Shown piece by piece: positions 59,179 through 59,996 of a stretch of 59,996 nt of DNA. The notes under the pieces were generated by a model. It saw only the letters and a list, made by a program, of their open reading frames with translations, had not been told where the DNA came from and searched no databases. Where the stretch lies: positions 1-59,996 of the forward strand of contig CBEUCN010000002.1 in assembly GCA_965541635.1 (NCBI GenBank). Direction: 5' to 3'. The position numbers and the translations under genes were made by a program. How positions within the stretch are numbered: position 1 is the stretch's first letter; every line of letters begins with the position of its first letter. The DNA comes from an uncultured bacterium (GTDB lineage: Bacteria > Omnitrophota > Gorgyraeia > Kaelpiales > Kaelpiaceae).

Positions 59179-59991
59179 ATGAGAAAGAGAGAATTTTTTG
59201 TTACAGGTTTGTTTTTAAGTATTTGTTTGTTGTTCTCTGCCAGTGTTTCTGCTCATACTTTATGGATAAATGCTTCTGATTACAATCCTGAAATTTATCC
59301 TGAATATGGAGCAAAGACAAATCTTTATTTTGGTTTTGGACATCACTATCCTGTAGATGATTTTTTATCCCCAAAGCAGTTGGAAGAGTTTTATTATGTC
59401 TGTCCAAGATGCGGAAAACATCATAATTTAAAGCCCAATTGTGGTGGATTTTTAGCAACACAAGTGATATTTAAAGAGCCTGGTTCTTATATAATTGCTG
59501 CCAAATTAAGACCAGGGTTTTACACAATGTATATAGAAAAAGGAAAAATTCATCACAAAATCGGACCAAAGACAGGGATTAAAGGAAAGGCTATTGTAAG
59601 CCTTTACTACGAACAATACGCAAAGGCTTTAATAAATGTAGGTAAAGAAGATTTGATTAATTTTGACAAACCTGTTGGTCATAAATTGGAGATAGTTCCT
59701 TTAAAGAACCCCCTAAATTTAAAATTGGGGGATTTTTTACCGGTTAAAGTCTTATTTAATGGAAAACCTGCCCGATTCTGTAAAGTATATGCAACTTACG
59801 CTGGTTTCTCAACCGGTGATGATTTTGCCTATGCTACCTCAACAAATAGTGAAGGTATAGTCAAGATAAGAATTATCCATTGGGGTCCACATCTTATAAA
59901 AGCAAGGATGGAATTACCTGCACCAGATGATTTAAAAGATAAATGTAATACATTGGCTTACACCGCTACTTTAACCTTTGAGATACCTTAA
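59179..59991 (+). CDS. DUF4198 (COG5266, NikK/CbiK-like) periplasmic metal-uptake component
   Basis: Signal peptide ending SVSAHTLWIN, beta-sandwich-like repeat pattern, and the GHKLEIVPL segment typical of DUF4198 as remembered. Confidence 0.65.
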   Translation: MRKREFFVTGLFLSICLLFSASVSAHTLWINASDYNPEIYPEYGAKTNLYFGFGHHYPVDDFLSPKQLEEFYYVCPRCGKHHNLKPNCGGFLATQVIFKEPGSYIIAAKLRPGFYTMYIEKGKIHHKIGPKTGIKGKAIVSLYYEQYAKALINVGKEDLINFDKPVGHKLEIVPLKNPLNLKLGDFLPVKVLFNGKPARFCKVYATYAGFSTGDDFAYATSTNSEGIVKIRIIHWGPHLIKARMELPAPDDLKDKCNTLAYTATLTFEIP

Positions 59992-59996
59992 AAAGA

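Overview
AT-rich, very compact bacterial chromosome segment. I call 67 protein genes, 66 of them on the + strand, plus one tRNA-Gly(CCC). About 17 gene junctions overlap by exactly 4 nt, and only one strong intrinsic terminator is visible.

Content is mostly housekeeping:
- Translation and protein turnover: rpsU (missed by the ORF track), efp, hpf, tig, clpP, proS.
- Lipid and isoprenoid metabolism: accBC, uppS-cdsA-dxr-rseP-ispG, uppP.
- Cofactor and amino-acid synthesis: aroQ, aroB, thiE-thiC, serA with a class-V aminotransferase, argCJB, purA.
- Envelope: gmhA and a heptose adenylyltransferase, an LptC/LptA-like gene plus lptB, an NlpD-like lipoprotein, OmpA-like, SPOR and SH3b proteins. 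Lpt genes and a TonB-dependent receptor indicate a diderm cell.

Family content (TIGR04137-like small basic protein, DUF1844, a PPi-type PFK, a membrane pyrophosphatase) suggests an uncultivated PVC/Omnitrophota-like lineage. That is a low-confidence inference.

I saw no rRNA, CRISPR array, transposase, integrase or prophage genes, and I cannot name a clearly novel multi-gene system. The most interesting items are:
1. A terminal metal-uptake locus (dtxR-feoA-feoB, TonB receptor, DUF4198). It has a perfect consensus promoter, three TTAGG-N4-C(C/T)TAA operator-like palindromes and a duplicated 23-nt translation-initiation cassette. A 595-bp gene-free gap carrying ORF debris precedes it.
2. Two unusual HD-GYP proteins: one GAF-linked with the HD dyad changed to LD and coupled to a small wHTH-like ORF, and one tandem HD-GYP.
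3. A PPi-based energy signature (PPi-type PFK residues plus a K+-type membrane PPase).
4. bcd-etfBA with a ferredoxin-domain EtfA.
5. An orphan secreted-protein cassette with its own uORF and terminator.
6. An ATPase-HIT-dNTPase gene trio.

All homology calls come from motif recognition by eye. No database search was run.
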